Assembly: GCA_965645245.1 (NCBI GenBank)
Contig: OZ287067.1
Coordinates: forward strand, 2,542,001 to 2,606,000
From: Massalongia carnosa
Taxonomy: Eukaryota
Direction of reading: 5' to 3'
Length of the DNA stretch: 64,000 bases
Positions 50,275 to 63,636 of this stretch are shown here, one piece after another. Position 1 is the stretch's first letter; every line of letters starts with the position of its first letter. The translations under genes and the position numbers were made by a program. The notes under the pieces are model-generated. The model was given only the letters and a program-made list of their open reading frames with translations, did not search any database and was not told the origin of the DNA.

Positions 50275-52446
50275 TCAGTCACCGATGATAATCCTATTCT
50301 CTAGTCTGTATACAGAAGTCCCACACCGTTAGCCCAGCCTCCTTTTCAGAAACAGCTCCGAACTCGAAAAAAACCGTTTAAACTCACCTTGGCGCTATCC
50401 CGCAGGTCCAATGAGGCGAGAACGCGCTCTCGCCTTGGTCGGCCACCGTCCCGACTTCCTCCCTCTTCACCCCAGCTCGCCTCATCCATTTACCCGCCAC
50501 CTTCCTGGCTAACTGCAAGTTCCGCTCTTTCTCTGCCCCTACATCCTCAGCGGTATGCGTCCTCGTGAGGCCGCTTTTCGCATCCAGCTCGTCCTCCGTG
50601 TCGGAATCGATCTGGTGCCCATCAACCATGACCTTGTCGTCCCTGTTCTTCTCAGCGCTTCCCGTAGTGCTCTTATCCGACGGTTCACGAACTTTTCCCC
50701 CCTTGTGTAGTTTCTCGTTGACATCGCTCCAGTGCTTTCCTATGTTGCGGCCCCATCGCCGCCATTTCCCAACCGCTTTGAGGCTCATAAAGTACTGCCG
50801 CAAAATTATACTGATCAGTATGCCGTGCTCCTCACTTACGATTTCCTCCGCCTCACCGCCCTCGCTTTTGACAAGTAGAGCATCGTAGCCATCCTTGCCT
50901 CGGCCCATGTACCCCCGCGTGGCAAGCGTATACTCATTTTCTGGCTTGAGCGGTTCGTCGTTGACCTTCGCCCATAGGATACGTGAGTCAACAGGTCTGC
51001 TAGGATCGTACTGAAACTGAATATTGGAGACCTGGGGATATCGCCCTTCGAGCGCAGGAACGAGAGAGACGCCATTCTCCAACGCAGCGAGTAGGTGCTT
51101 CCCCCTAACGCGCAGCACAACGACAGGGTCCTCGAAGGGGAAGCAATTCATAATATCCTTTAGCTGAAGCACACCAGGGGGATATATCTGATCGCCACGA
51201 ATGGTTCCGGCGGCCATAATAGAGCAGTCGGCGCTGTAGTAGTGCCGTATGAGATCGCAGACGAAATTTCCTAGGTTGCTTTCACGTGTGCGGACGGTGG
51301 TGAAGCGGCCATCAAGCGGGACCGACGTATAGCCAATCGGTTTTTCTAGCTTATGCTTGAGAGTCGACGTGAGCTTTTCCACAAGCTCGATGGAGGTTTT
51401 ATCTTCCGGGATCTCGCGGACGACGTTGCGGCGGACAATGTCAAAGTCCCATCCCGGCTGCCCGTCCTCCTTTCGTCGGGCTTCGATATAACTCAATTGC
51501 TTAAAATCAGTTCCAGATCGTAGGACGTGAACCCCGTTCACGTAATGATGTGCGTAGTAATGATCATGGCCTCCGAGAATTAGATCAATCAGACCAGGGG
51601 GGGTGGTTTCAGCTAGCTTCAAGTCGTTCGGCTCTCTCATATGCGTGAGAGCGATAACGATCTGTGCACCTTGAGCACGAAGTTCGGGGATTAGCCGTCG
51701 TGCTGTTTCAGAGGCGGATCTGTAAATAAGATTCGGAGGCAAAGAGTTGATGGTATCAAGCCTATTCTGTTCAAAACTGCTTGGGTTCTCTTCAGGCGAG
51801 GGAATACTGCTACGAACCATTCTCGTTCTCCCAGCCCTATCAAGCCCACCTTGATCCCATTTGACGCTTTCAGGATTGTCGTTTTCGGGCATCCTCCAAG
51901 AGCCACATCGTCCCCTAAAGCGGGATCCAAGACATTGGCCAGAAGCCACGGGAAATTGCACTGCGTGCCCAGGTGTTTGAACTGGGTGAGTCCAAAGTCG
52001 AGATCATGATTCTGCCAATCATGCCATCAGCACCTGTTATGCTTACAAAGAAAAATCGATGTCACCTCACTCCGACACAGGCGGCATTTGTAGGCACTTG
52101 GTTCAAGATAGGAACCATATGTGCCCCTTTCGTCACGCTGCTCTCCAGACTAGGATTATATGCATCCCCAGAGAACAGAGCTAGGAGCTCGGGTTGACCT
52201 TCATATTCGGATCCACAACGATACTGGCTCACTAAGTATTGGAATCTTGGGAAACCTCCAACCGGCTCCGCTGAGCCGGCTCTGTCATGGGAATTAGCAC
52301 ATCATGGGCGAGGAGCGTCGAGTTACACACTCGATGTGGTAGACGTCATTGAAATGTAACAGGCGTAAATCCGGAGGACCTGAATTTTGGCGGGGAGATT
52401 GCCAGGTGATGGATGATGATGGGTCGTTGGCTGACTTGGAACTCAT
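50275..52446 (-). CDS. 5'-nucleotidase family (calcineurin-like metallophosphoesterase plus 5'-nucleotidase C domain), multi-exon
   Basis: LRLLHFNDVYH, FSGDAYNPSLES, GNHDLDFG, FPWLLANV, ALTHMREPND, GGHDH, RESNLGNF and GTIRGD; last exon LENRIIIGD* ends at 50275. Confidence 0.93.
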
Positions 52447-52748
52447 CCTAGCTTCTGTTTTTTGTCTGACGAAGGCAAAGGAAAAATAGAACGAGGAGAA
52501 AGTTGTTCATTTCATGCAGTTTTCGTCAGCTCTCCAATGATTAGCACGCATATGCAATATGATGCATCAAGGTGAAGAAGAAACTCATTACACTCTCATC
52601 TCATATATACGTCTCTAAGCAGCGAGCAAATCCGAAGAAAAGGACCTAACCACCTCCCATATTTGCCCATCCTAAAACACTTTTGGTTTCCATGACTCCG
52701 TTTGGACCTTCACGTCATGCAAGTCAACACCAACACCACCACCATCAC

Positions 52749-53909
52749 CTAACCTTTTCTTCCCTTATACTTGTAAAACTGCCCGAAAATCATCAAATCC
52801 AACATTAAAGTCCCCGCACTCCCAATTAACCAACTCGTGTTGACAAGCACGTATCTCCCATAAACCCTGCCCCATGCCCCGTTGGCGCACCGAACGTTCC
52901 CGGCAGAACTAGCGCCCGCACCACCCTCACATCTAGGCTGATACGCAAAGATACTAAGCACGTATGCAAGGTTTCCCACGCAGGCAAACAAAAAGAAAAG
53001 CATGCTGATCCCTTCGGTACTTTTCCGGCGATAGTTAAGGAGAAGCTGGGGAATGCGGGAACCAAGATAGAGGGTGGCGCAGAGGTAACCGAAAAGTTGA
53101 CCCCAGAGATTTATACGAATCGGGTCGGTCTGTGTGGTTGAGTGTTTTTTGTCCGAGGAGGCAGCGTGATGTAAGGATCGAGCCGATATGTACCACCCCA
53201 GAACACCAACTGCACAGACGAGAAAGATGGCGCCGGTATTGTAGAATATTGAACGAAGAGGTGACGAGAATGAGGATTCATCCGAACATGATGTTAATTG
53301 GGGGCCGAGAGCCCTTACTGGAGAAATATGAGAAGCGTCTACACTAGTGAGATGGGAGCGGAATGAAGAGAAGGAGCTCGCGCGGCGAGGGATCTCATCT
53401 ACCTCCGAGATCGTATGTCGTCGAAATATGATCTTCGGATATGTTTCCCGCCATATAAGGGGAGAATCTTCGTTCTCCTCCTCCTCAATCGCAGTTTCGT
53501 CGTCGACCAATGATCTCGCCTTCTTTGGTCGATCGGAGAGTGTGAAGCCTCGATAATAGAAGCATTGCGTTAACAAAACAATATCGGCGAATGCGTAGTA
53601 GATGGCCAGTATAATCATGGTGGGTTGTACACCCTGAAGAATTGCGTCAAGGACGTTGCAGACATAGCCCAGGAGCCAGATGATGACGAAAAAGAGGGAA
53701 AGACCTTCGACCGAGGAACGACGGAAGTTCTCGACGATTTTGTGGAGTGAACACGACGATCCAACACGCTATGGCTACGGATCTGTACCGAGGAACGTCA
53801 GATTCATCCTCCCGGACAAGAGAGAGTCGGCGGGTATGAACTAGACGAACCCAAATATGCCATTGAGGGCGTCATTGTGGGTGTTGGATCCATGGAAGAG
53901 AGGAAACAT
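52749..53909 (-). pseudogene. PQ-loop vacuolar basic amino-acid transporter homologue (YPQ/PQLC2-like) with disrupted 5' half
   Basis: First PQ motif IACWIVVFTPQ/IVENFRRSSVEGLS has an extra A at about 53740, and the MFP start is out of frame with exon 1. The second PQ motif YLGSRIPQLLLNYRRKSTEGIS is intact. Confidence 0.7.
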
Positions 53910-54452
53910 AATGAACGAAATGCAAAGCAGATACTACGAGTCCTGAAACCTATGGAGGGAAAGGATGGGGCGAGGTAGCAAAAAGAATTCATTTTCATAG
54001 ATCGACGAGAAGACAGCGATGATAGTTACTGTTAAGGCATAACTACGGAGTAAAAGTTTTACGCTACATAATAACCTTTAGTTTATGTATAACGCCTTTC
54101 CCCAGAGGAAAATGCTCCTCGAAGCGGCTAAAACGCAGATCCGGGGTCAGAAGGTCTAGACCTCGAAATGCTACCTGTAAAAATAAGCGATTGGACAATC
54201 ATTTTCATGTTCTGGATTCTCAGGGGCTCGTCGTTTGGCAATCGGTTCCGGCCTTACTCACATCTGGTACTTGGACAGAACGCGAAGCAAAAATATCAAT
54301 TCCGAACTTCTATCAGCTAAAAAGGCAACATCGTCATCCCCCCTCCAGAGATCATTGGGAGGTTACACGCAATGCTAAACCGACGCCCGGGGTATCTCCA
54401 CTGTGTGCCAATGACGCCTACGCATGCCAAGCTTCCGTACCCGCCCTTGATC

Positions 54453-55653
54453 CTACTCCTCGGCCGTAGCCGAGGGTTCTCCCTCCTCTCCAGGATGGGC
54501 ATCCTCCTTCTGCCCGCTTTCGCCCTGCTCGGCCGCCCCTTCCTCCCCGCCTTGCCCCTCCAGCTCATCCTTCTTGAACTCGTCCCTCGCCGTCATGATG
54601 TTGAACCGGGCGCAGTTGGCCTGCGACTCTCCCGGTGGGCACACAACGAGGATATACGTGTTCGTCGTGAAGCGCATGATGATCATGGTGAAGCGCCCCG
54701 TCTTGATAGTGTATTCGTTGAATTGGCTGGCGGAGGCGGGAGCGCCGGAGAAGGTGCTACAATACCGTTAGCCACGATAGATCTATTAGGTTTGCGCGAT
54801 AGATCACATCGAGCAAACTTACGAGAGGGATTGTTTGAACGTCTTGATGATGTTTGACAAGCGTTCCTGACGATCCTTGTAAGGATTGCGTTTTCCGATT
54901 TCAGAGGTGACCGACGTGACTGTAAGAAAGGTAACGCTCTCGAATAAAATAATCTCTTCGGCTTCACACGCCTCGGCTAATTGTTTGAGATACCATTCAA
55001 TGATTTCGAGATTAGGAATCAAGCTATTGACAATTTTGCCCCAGGCTTTGTAAAGGGTCTGATCCCAAATTGTAGTACCAAAGATTTGTACGGTCTCCTT
55101 GAAGCCTTCACTGCGCTCCCGAATCGCGTCTGATTTGTCCTGAAGAACTCGTTCGCGAAGATCCGACTGAACCAAGTCCATCTTGTGAACCATTGTAAAA
55201 ACCTTGGCGTCGGGCGAGAACTCTTGGAGAGCTTTGATAACGGCATTATAAGTGTTCAGATCGCGAAAGTTTTGTCCGCCACGGCCATCAAATTCTCTAG
55301 ACTCAACATCGAACACGTAGATAATAACGCCCACATCACTGAAGACGTAGGGTTTTTGTGATGTCAGGTAGTTTTCGGTAAACGCGTCTTGTCTGAAGTG
55401 AAAATTGAGTTAGCGAACACCGCGATGGAGCTTCAGTGATGGATACATACCCTCCACAATCCCAAAGATTCAGGATCAGATTGCCCAAGAACTTGATGCG
55501 ACTATGTTCCACATCAATCGTAGCTCCAAGGCGACGTACATCTTTGGCGACGAAATTGCTAAAGATAATGCTACGCATGGACGATTTGCCCGAACCACTC
55601 TTACCCATGAGAAGCACCTTCTTCTTCTTAGGTTTGATCTTGGCGGAATCCAT
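54453..55653 (-). CDS. GTR1: Rag GTPase Gtr1/RagA, 3 exons
   Basis: [55 protein letters not shown] and HKMDL; introns 55393-55450 and about 54758-54821. Confidence 0.96.
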
Positions 55654-56600
55654 CGAATTGCTAGAGGTATCGGTTGTAGAAGTCTCGGGCTCAATCTCAG
55701 TCTCAGCAATATGAGTCTCCCAATTGCTGGAGTTGTCCTAAATGTATATGATCACCGGTTGTCAGCTTCCGAGCAATGATAGGAATTTTGAGGCAGTGGC
55801 CCACATACAAGTAGTGTTCCTCTAGAGGTTTCACAAGCTACCTCTTCGGCCCTGGAAGCTATATGTTCGTTTTGATTAGATGTTTGCTGCCCAAATCCTT
55901 TCCAGTGAGAGAATTGTAAGCTTAACCACTCCATGATCGCTTGATGAATGCCGACGGATTTAACAACGTATGATGATTTAAGTCCGACAAGGTTGATCCG
56001 TTCCGAAGGCGATGTGGATGCCAGGATGTGGCGTTTGTGGCTACAATTGACATAAGTGCACAAGACCGTCATACAAGCTAAGCCTAATAAAGTAAGCATG
56101 CACGCGTTCCTCGTTACCACGACTCCTCAATCTTTAACACTCCCTTCACGCAATCAGCATTTAGTTATCGCGTCTAATCAGGCAAATCACGTTGATGTAC
56201 AGAATTCAAGCCCACCAGCTCTCAATGCAACTTAAAGGATGAATGATCATGAGTGACATGAACCAGGAAGCCATAAATAATGAAGCCTCTGTCAAGCCTC
56301 CCTGAATCCTTACTATCCACTCATAACGGTGCCATCCTTAGTACCGCCCATCGAAAGCGAAACTATGTAGCTCAAGCATGATCGGGTGATCTTGAATCGT
56401 TAAGATAAGTATGAACATCTAGCATGAACCCTTTCGAAAGACAAGTTCTTAGCGGAGACTTCCGCTCCTAGAGAATAGGGGAAAGAGTCCCCTGAAATAT
56501 CCTCCCTTCTTGCATCCTTGCAAGCCCACCCTAGGTATCCCGCAAACTTTGATACCGTAATCCTTAGTATCGTTGGAGAAACATAAAATCAGACGTAAAA

Positions 56601-58268
56601 TCAAAATACAGTCCCATCTGATAAAATCAAGATTGGGGGTTCCTTGGTGTTGGGCCTCGAAACTTCGGCCAACTCCCGTCCACCCTGCCATAAGCCATTA
56701 GCGACAGTTCTCATTATGCATTGAATCATCAAACTTGCCTTCCAACTCCCGGCTTCTAGCATTTGCGCCAAAGTCAACTGTTCTGCCCCCCGAAGCCCCA
56801 ATATCCCATTGACTTCAAGCAGAAGTTCATCCAAGAAACCGACGGTCACGGCGCGCCATTCAACGATCACATCGTCATCAGTTGCAAATAGCGGTATGAC
56901 CTCCATAGTCTGTTGTCCCTTGAGCATGGAATTAGCCCGGAATGCGGCCAGCCCTCTTTTCGCATCGCTTTCCTTTAAAGTCAACAAGCCGGTATCCACG
57001 AGCAGACCGCCATTCCGATACTCCGGCAAGCCGGTAAGGAGCTCTGTGCCTGCAAAACGTATCTGTAACAGTTTAGTCATGGGGACCATGAGCGAGTAGC
57101 AGAGCCACTGTGTCAACTTGTGGAACGGGACGATGTTCTCCCATGGCTTGGCAAGAGATCCACCCGGCATTGTCGAACAAGGCCACGCGTCCCCAAGCGA
57201 TACCCCGTCAATTTTCGTACGCGATGCAGGCCAAACGTTTCCAAGGCCATTCATCAAGCATGTCCAAAGCGTAGGGATGGTGATAATTGGGACAGAAGAA
57301 GCTTGGGTAGAGTCGTGGGATAAAAGGTAATCTGGACGATGGGTTCAGCAACAGCGAGACCAAAGGAGCGTATGACCGTACCCAGCATATTTCCTGGCCG
57401 ACCATCTTTACCAAATATGCTTATATCACTCATAGCATCCCCAAGTCTCGACATCAGCCCAGCTCTTCCCTCCAATCCTAATATTGGATTTGTCTCTGAA
57501 ACTTGTAGGCCTCGCGCTAGCTGCTCTACGCTTAGTCTTTTCAGCCCTGCACCGTCGACCTGACATGGTTCTGACGCTTTGCTGCTAAAGGATCCTGCCT
57601 TGAACATTTCTAGACTCGCAATTGCTAGACCTTCGCTTCGGCGATAGGTCTTGCCAGATTCTTTCGATCTGTAGGACCATTTGGTCCCTGCACCGGCATC
57701 TAGTAGGACCGAAACCAGGAACAGATCCAACAACCGCCGAGTTCTTTCTTGGTTGTCAACCGAAGAAGGCCACGAGGCCAACAGCTGATCAACTCGCGGC
57801 CGACCTCCCGCTTCAAAGTGCTGCCATCGGCCATGAGGAGGAATCTTATGGTAATCCGGCTTGTAATCTCTCTGCAAGTACGAGTCAACAATCCAGCCTT
57901 TCATGCTCAGGATGGTGCGGACTCACATTGATGATGGAAACCACATAGCTTGCTGTCTCACCAAACTTACTTAAGTCCACGTGAAAGTGATTGAGCTGGT
58001 TTCTCTTCGCTTTGTTGAACACAAATTTTGACCTTTCCCTCACGGCGTAAATGCTGCGAAGATACGCTGCTGGGTCGAGTTTTGGGTCTGGAGGCGCTGG
58101 CAACGTAATGTCTGGTAGCGATGGTGATGTATATGCTGAGGCCGAGCCATTTCTTGCCGCGGCGAGAGGCTGGGACTTCAGAGAACTCTTCGACGAACGT
58201 GTGCCCTCGGACGCAGCCAAGTCACCGTTGGCCGATGATTTTGGGTTTTTTCGACTAAACAGGCCCAT
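56601..58268 (-). CDS. URC4: DUF1688 / uracil catabolism protein 4 homologue, 4 exons
   Basis: YLRSIYAVRER, IPPHGRWQHF, VSVLLDAGAG, RSEGLAIAS, PFHKLTQWLCYSL, LTGLPEYRNGGL and C-terminal SDGTVF*. Confidence 0.92.
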
Positions 58269-61200
58269 AATGACTAGGAACAAGGGAAAGAGGTTGAATG
58301 TGACCGCGGCAGCAACATTTACAGAACGATGGCAATCTTGTCCTTCCTGTGACTGGCGGCAAGCTTTGCGAGAAAGTTTGACGAAATCAATAAATCGCTG
58401 AGAGGGAGCTGAGCAACTTGGCAAGGAGCATACACACTAAGGAATGGGTCTGAGAGGGAAGTGGGATGCTGGTTGGGGATAGCGAGGCACCAGGGAAAAT
58501 ACTGAGTTTAGTTCTAGCTTCCAATAGGGACTTTTTCCATCAATTCTTATTCAGGAAGTTGAAAGCCGCCTTGTCTTGCCAGGGTAGGTTCACAGATACT
58601 TGATCCAGCGTACAGATTAATACCAACGTGCAAGGTACTGACCCGAATCGATATGGATGAAGAAGTCGAGAACAAGGGGGTGGGGGGGGATACCAACAGC
58701 GTACGAGATTAGGCGTCGAGCAAGCAAGTCGAGGGGATTTTATCGATCAACGTTAGTCTCGAAAACAAAGAATAGTGAATGCCAATCAGCAACAACGCGA
58801 TGAACAAAAGTGGGAACTTCCACGCAGGTCTGGCTCGGTTCCAGAGAATGGGTTGGGGTAGTTGGGATGGCACGGATGGGTTGGACACCGATGGCTCGAT
58901 GGGCTGGAATATTGGGTTTTTAAAAGAGCACCTCGACCCGATTCCTTAAGTATCGCCAGGATGACGGAACGGGAGATCAGCGCTGAGTATCGAGTCTACC
59001 CCTGTTTAGAGTACCGAGGACATACAGCTAGAAGTACGACGCACAGCAAACCACATGGAGAAGATCCGTCAGTTAGGGGCGGAAGACAACGTGGGAGGAG
59101 AAGCGACGATCCAGAAAGTACGTGTAGGTAGCATCGCACATTAAGATTCGTCAATTGTGTAATTCTCTACTCTACTGCACGGAAATTCTATTCATCAGAG
59201 AGTGATCAAGTGCTGGCCTTACATCTTTCACGCCTTCACGGCAAGCGTCTTTTGGGACATTGACCTTGTCCCCGTGCAGCTAGGCGAGAGTCATGCATTA
59301 TTGAAGGCCAAACCTTGTCGGACACTCCCCATTTCAACTTTCACTCCTCAACCCTCGAGTCGTCCAATCACCTTGGACCTGTACAATTACGAACTGGAAG
59401 ATAAGGTCCCTGAAGCTCCGAGATGCAGGTGCAACTAGGCACTCTGTACCAAGATGCAACGCTCCAAAGCTGCCTTCGGGACATTGCCGGATTCGTTCGT
59501 CCGCTGCACCCAAATTTCTTCTTTTTTATTTGCCGAACCGGAGCTCGGAACACATTCCTACACCCATGAACGTTATCCATTTGAAACCTTGGATTTGTGG
59601 AATGGATTGATGTCTACACAACTTGGTTGGACGAAGCATAACCTCCGATCTGCATAGAACAGAGTATCGGCAAGCCCGCGTTCAAGGGGAGGAGAGAGAG
59701 GATAACTTACCTCGAGCCTGGAGGTGAAAAGGCGGATTGGTTGCCAAGGCATTGATCCCGGACAAGAGGGGCAGCGTGAAGCCGGATTAAGCGTGGCTGA
59801 CCCAGGAGAGCTAACCCGCACGCGTGGCAGCTGTGGCGCTAGATTAGTGATCAAATCGAACTGAACTATTGGTCAGTCGACCCATCTGACCCGCTACTCG
59901 GTCCCCCGCTACTATTGCGGAGAGCGGCTTCGACAAGGATCTGATGCGGGCAAGTGGCGACTTGTAACCTAACTATGGCCCGTGCTTCTATGGAGTACTT
60001 TGTTCATACTACCTGAATATTGGCCTGTAAAGGTCGCTGCATAGGGCTGACCATCTCCCATGGCTTAAAGTAATACTGATGGATGCACTCGTTGCTCTGA
60101 ACACAAATTGAGCAAAGGCTCATGGCAAGTGAGGACTGGTATGGTGGTAATGGCGTCTTGCTCCAAACCCTGGATCAGACAACACACTGCCCAAGCTTGA
60201 TTAGAAATCGAACCGCGCGTTTAGCACTACAAATTGCATTGTACAGCCATGAGTATATAGCATGGTTTGAAATTCGGTAACCGATTGCAAGGTTGCTGCC
60301 TACATCCAAGGCGACGCTAGTGCATCCGACCGTATCCTTTCCGTCTAAACGACGTTGACAAGGTGTCTTGCTGGAGAGTTGCAGAGCTTGATATACCTAA
60401 AAAAAACAACAGGACTTCTACTAAACAGATTCTCATGGTCTGAGTAGTTAAACCTACAATAGAATAGTGCCATCTAAAGCGATGAAGGAACACCGTCGCC
60501 TTCTAAAAGAGATGTAGCTCGATTTTGCATCATTCTTTTGATATTAGACAGTAAAAATGATGACCCACCCAAAATCCAACCAAGAGTAAACTGCGTTTGT
60601 AAAGGAATATAATGACCTTATGGGAAGGCCCAAGACTCCCTTGGTCCTCTCATATCTAAAAACACCTATTGTAGCACATACTGATACCATTAAGGAAACT
60701 TATCACTTAGATTACCTGACAGTAACCGTTAGAGACGTATATCCGCTGCTCTGCTTGAATATTTAGAGTGCAAAGCTAGTCGTTATGTCATATCCGCCTT
60801 GGAGATCAGCTGAAAAATGGATTTCGGATCATGCTCCGAGCCCTCACGGTGTAATGATAAATGAACAATGATTTCAATCAATAGATATTTCACTTCTCTT
60901 GTTTAGCATCTAAGGAACAGCACAGCGCAAGGCAACCGATACCTTCATTCTGCAAGAAACTGCTCCCGATCTCCTCAGTTAACGTCAAGAGCAACAGCAG
61001 CAAGACGGGTATTGGTGTGGAAAGTGTGTCTTCCGATTGCAGGGCATACAGCGGAATTCCTAGATGGTTGTGGTTTGCGTAGGATGCTTTAGTTTAGTTA
61101 TATATACAAAGCCTGGTTCTTTGGCCGATAGCAGCGGGTAGGTAGTCGCCTCCTAGACGGGGTAACTATGGAGTACATAGGTAGCAATAGAGCTCCCTTT

Positions 61201-61602
61201 ACGATCAGCCTTTTGAAGGATGGAGTGGTAAGATATCCGTTCACATCGTCCAGCAGGCACAAACAAGTAGATTCGGAGCGATCCACTTGTTTATGACGTG
61301 AGACGCAGTTCTTTGAGTTTCGGTTCGTTTGACAAGCCTTTTATAGTCCATATCTAATCTCTTCAATAATATCATCTATGATCTTGGTGTTCAAGTGAAA
61401 TCAGTTCTGCCGTAGGAGAATTAACTCAATGAACTTGATCGCTAGATGTCTGAGGATCCGTCCTCACAGGATTCCGACAGGGAGCTATCTTTAGATAGGT
61501 GAAAGAGTCATAGGTATTCGTCCGAAAAAAACCTGTAGTTGGAAGAGAACATGCATAACCAGCCCTGAAAAGCCCTTTTCCTCCCTTTTACGATAAATGA
61601 CA

Positions 61603-62238
61603 TCAAACGTTCAATTGTTCGACGCCCTGAGCTATCTCAAGCTCTGACTCTTGCTCCTCACCCTTATTACCTGCACTTTCAAAAGACGCTTCCTCATATG
61701 CAACATCAGTCTTGAGTTCTCCCCTCTCAGTCAATAGCCATTCGGCTACCGTATCGTGAGAGTTGATCTCCGCCTCATATAAAGCATCATGGCCGGCTTT
61801 ATTCCTCACAGCGGCGTCTGCACCTGCAGCCATGAGGATCTTAACAGACTCAAGATGTCCATTCAGTGATGCCCAATGCAAAGCCGTATTACCCGACGTG
61901 TTCCGTAGATTCAGTAGAGAAGCTCGTGACTCTGGCAGCGAAGAAGAAATCCCGGAAATCAAATAGTTGAGGGTGTCTGAGTCTCCTAATTAGTCACCGA
62001 ACATTAAAGTGAAGAACAACGGCATACCTATGTGGCCGTTGGCACTTGCCATATGGAGTAAGCTATTGCCACTTTCTTCCTCAACTGTGGTGCTAATAAT
62101 ACTAAATCGAGAAAGGTTTGAAGCTTCGACAAAGGTGTTGATAGAGTTTTGGAGGCCTTCCAATTGGCCGGTTCGAGAAAAGTAGAGGAGATCCTCTATT
62201 TGCTCCTCAGACAGGGCAGCCAAGATTACGGACGGCAT
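61603..62238 (-). CDS. YAR1: Ankyrin-repeat protein, Yar1-like (Rps3 chaperone), 2 exons
   Basis: LSEEQIEDLLYFSRTG, SGNSLLHMASANGH, NTSGNTALHWASLNGHLESVKIL and acidic tail; intron about 61977-62027. Confidence 0.85.
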
Positions 62239-62799
62239 GAAGGGAGTGAGGCAATGAAAGTTGATGACGGAGTTGTGTATCAACGGTAGCGGATTGGTGA
62301 GTCGGAATACGAGTACTAACGTTAGCTTTGGTTTAAATGCTTGGCAGTCGCTTTATGAAATTATTTGTTAACAGCTAAAACCTTCATCTTCGACACTTCA
62401 GCAAAAAATACCTGGGGCAGCTATCTGAATCGTCTCTCCAACGTACAGTTTAATATCACTAGACTCCACGAAATCAAAGCACCCATATTTCTCAGGCCGC
62501 CCTACAGGCAGATGTTGAAAAATTATACAGGGCGTTACAATATTCGAATACGCATTGCTGATACGCAGCATCCATAGCGCATTGATCTCCTTTGCTTGTC
62601 GTCCTATGGACAGGTATATGAAGATATCGGATTCTTCGTCTCAATCTTTACGCCGGTGAGACGCAGGACCCATTCCACGTGAGCATAATGCGGGCCGGCA
62701 CGCATCCAATGTTGGTATTTACACAACGAGGGCTATTCTCCTCCTTCAACAAATATAGAAATACACATCCTTATTCCGAAGACAATTCTTCTGTTGCTT

Positions 62800-63636
62800 T
62801 CAATCCCTCAACCAAGCTCTCCTCTTCTCCTCCTTTCTTTCCTTCCGCTTCTCCTTGAACGCTTTCAGTTCTTGCTTGGTCAGTTTCTTTCCGCTGCGCT
62901 CCGCCTTCAGGCTCTTTCCATTATGGCTGTTAGCCGCAGCGTCCACGTCGAAGAAGGCGCTCATTTGCCTCTTGCTTTTATTCTCGTCGTTGTGATTCTC
63001 GGGTGTGATGGTGCTGGGCTGCCATTTGCCCGTGAAACGATTGAACACCCCAGTTGCGGTATAAATCGCGTCAGGATCCACTATTACTGCACCGGCTGTG
63101 TCTTCATCCACAAATGGGGTTTGCAGATCTTGAGCATAGGCTGCAGTGGGATCGTAATCACCATGTATGGCAGGATCGTACCCGCCATGAGGGCGAGCGG
63201 GGGAATTGGAAGTGTTTTCGCTTGTCGTTCCCGGTGCGTGGTCGGGCATTCTGTCGTAGTTACCGACGCCGGATACCAAGGGCTGAGAGTCGGGTACGCG
63301 CGGGTTAGTCCATTGGGAGGCGCCGTTGAAGCGATTGTAGAAGTAGTATGCTTGTGCTGTCTCGTCCCAGATTGGGTCCCAGCCGTCGTCCACAGTATTT
63401 GAGGGAGGTAGTTCCAGCGGTAATGGGGGACGTGCTGTTAATTTTTTGGGTGATGAATCTTGCTTCGTTGAGTCTTTTACCGGTTGCTGTGATGTTTTAT
63501 CGTCATCTCCTAACCCTTTCTGTGTTACTTCGCTCGTACTTGATGACCGATTAGAAAGGACAGTGTCATCTGTGGAAGAACGATCCGATGGTCCATCGTC
63601 GAGTGAGTCATTCTTTACACTGCTGTCGCTTGCCAT
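62800..63636 (-). CDS. Conserved fungal WW-domain protein, intronless
   Basis: WW domain DGWDPIWDETAQAYYFYNRFNGASQWTNP; GGYDPAIHGDYDP, FNRFTGKWQ and basic tail KEEKRRAWLRD. Confidence 0.9.
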   Translation of the reverse strand: MASDSSVKNDSLDDGPSDRSSTDDTVLSNRSSSTSEVTQKGLGDDDKTSQQPVKDSTKQDSSPKKLTARPPLPLELPPSNTVDDGWDPIWDETAQAYYFYNRFNGASQWTNPRVPDSQPLVSGVGNYDRMPDHAPGTTSENTSNSPARPHGGYDPAIHGDYDPTAAYAQDLQTPFVDEDTAGAVIVDPDAIYTATGVFNRFTGKWQPSTITPENHNDENKSKRQMSAFFDVDAAANSHNGKSLKAERSGKKLTKQELKAFKEKRKERKEEKRRAWLRD

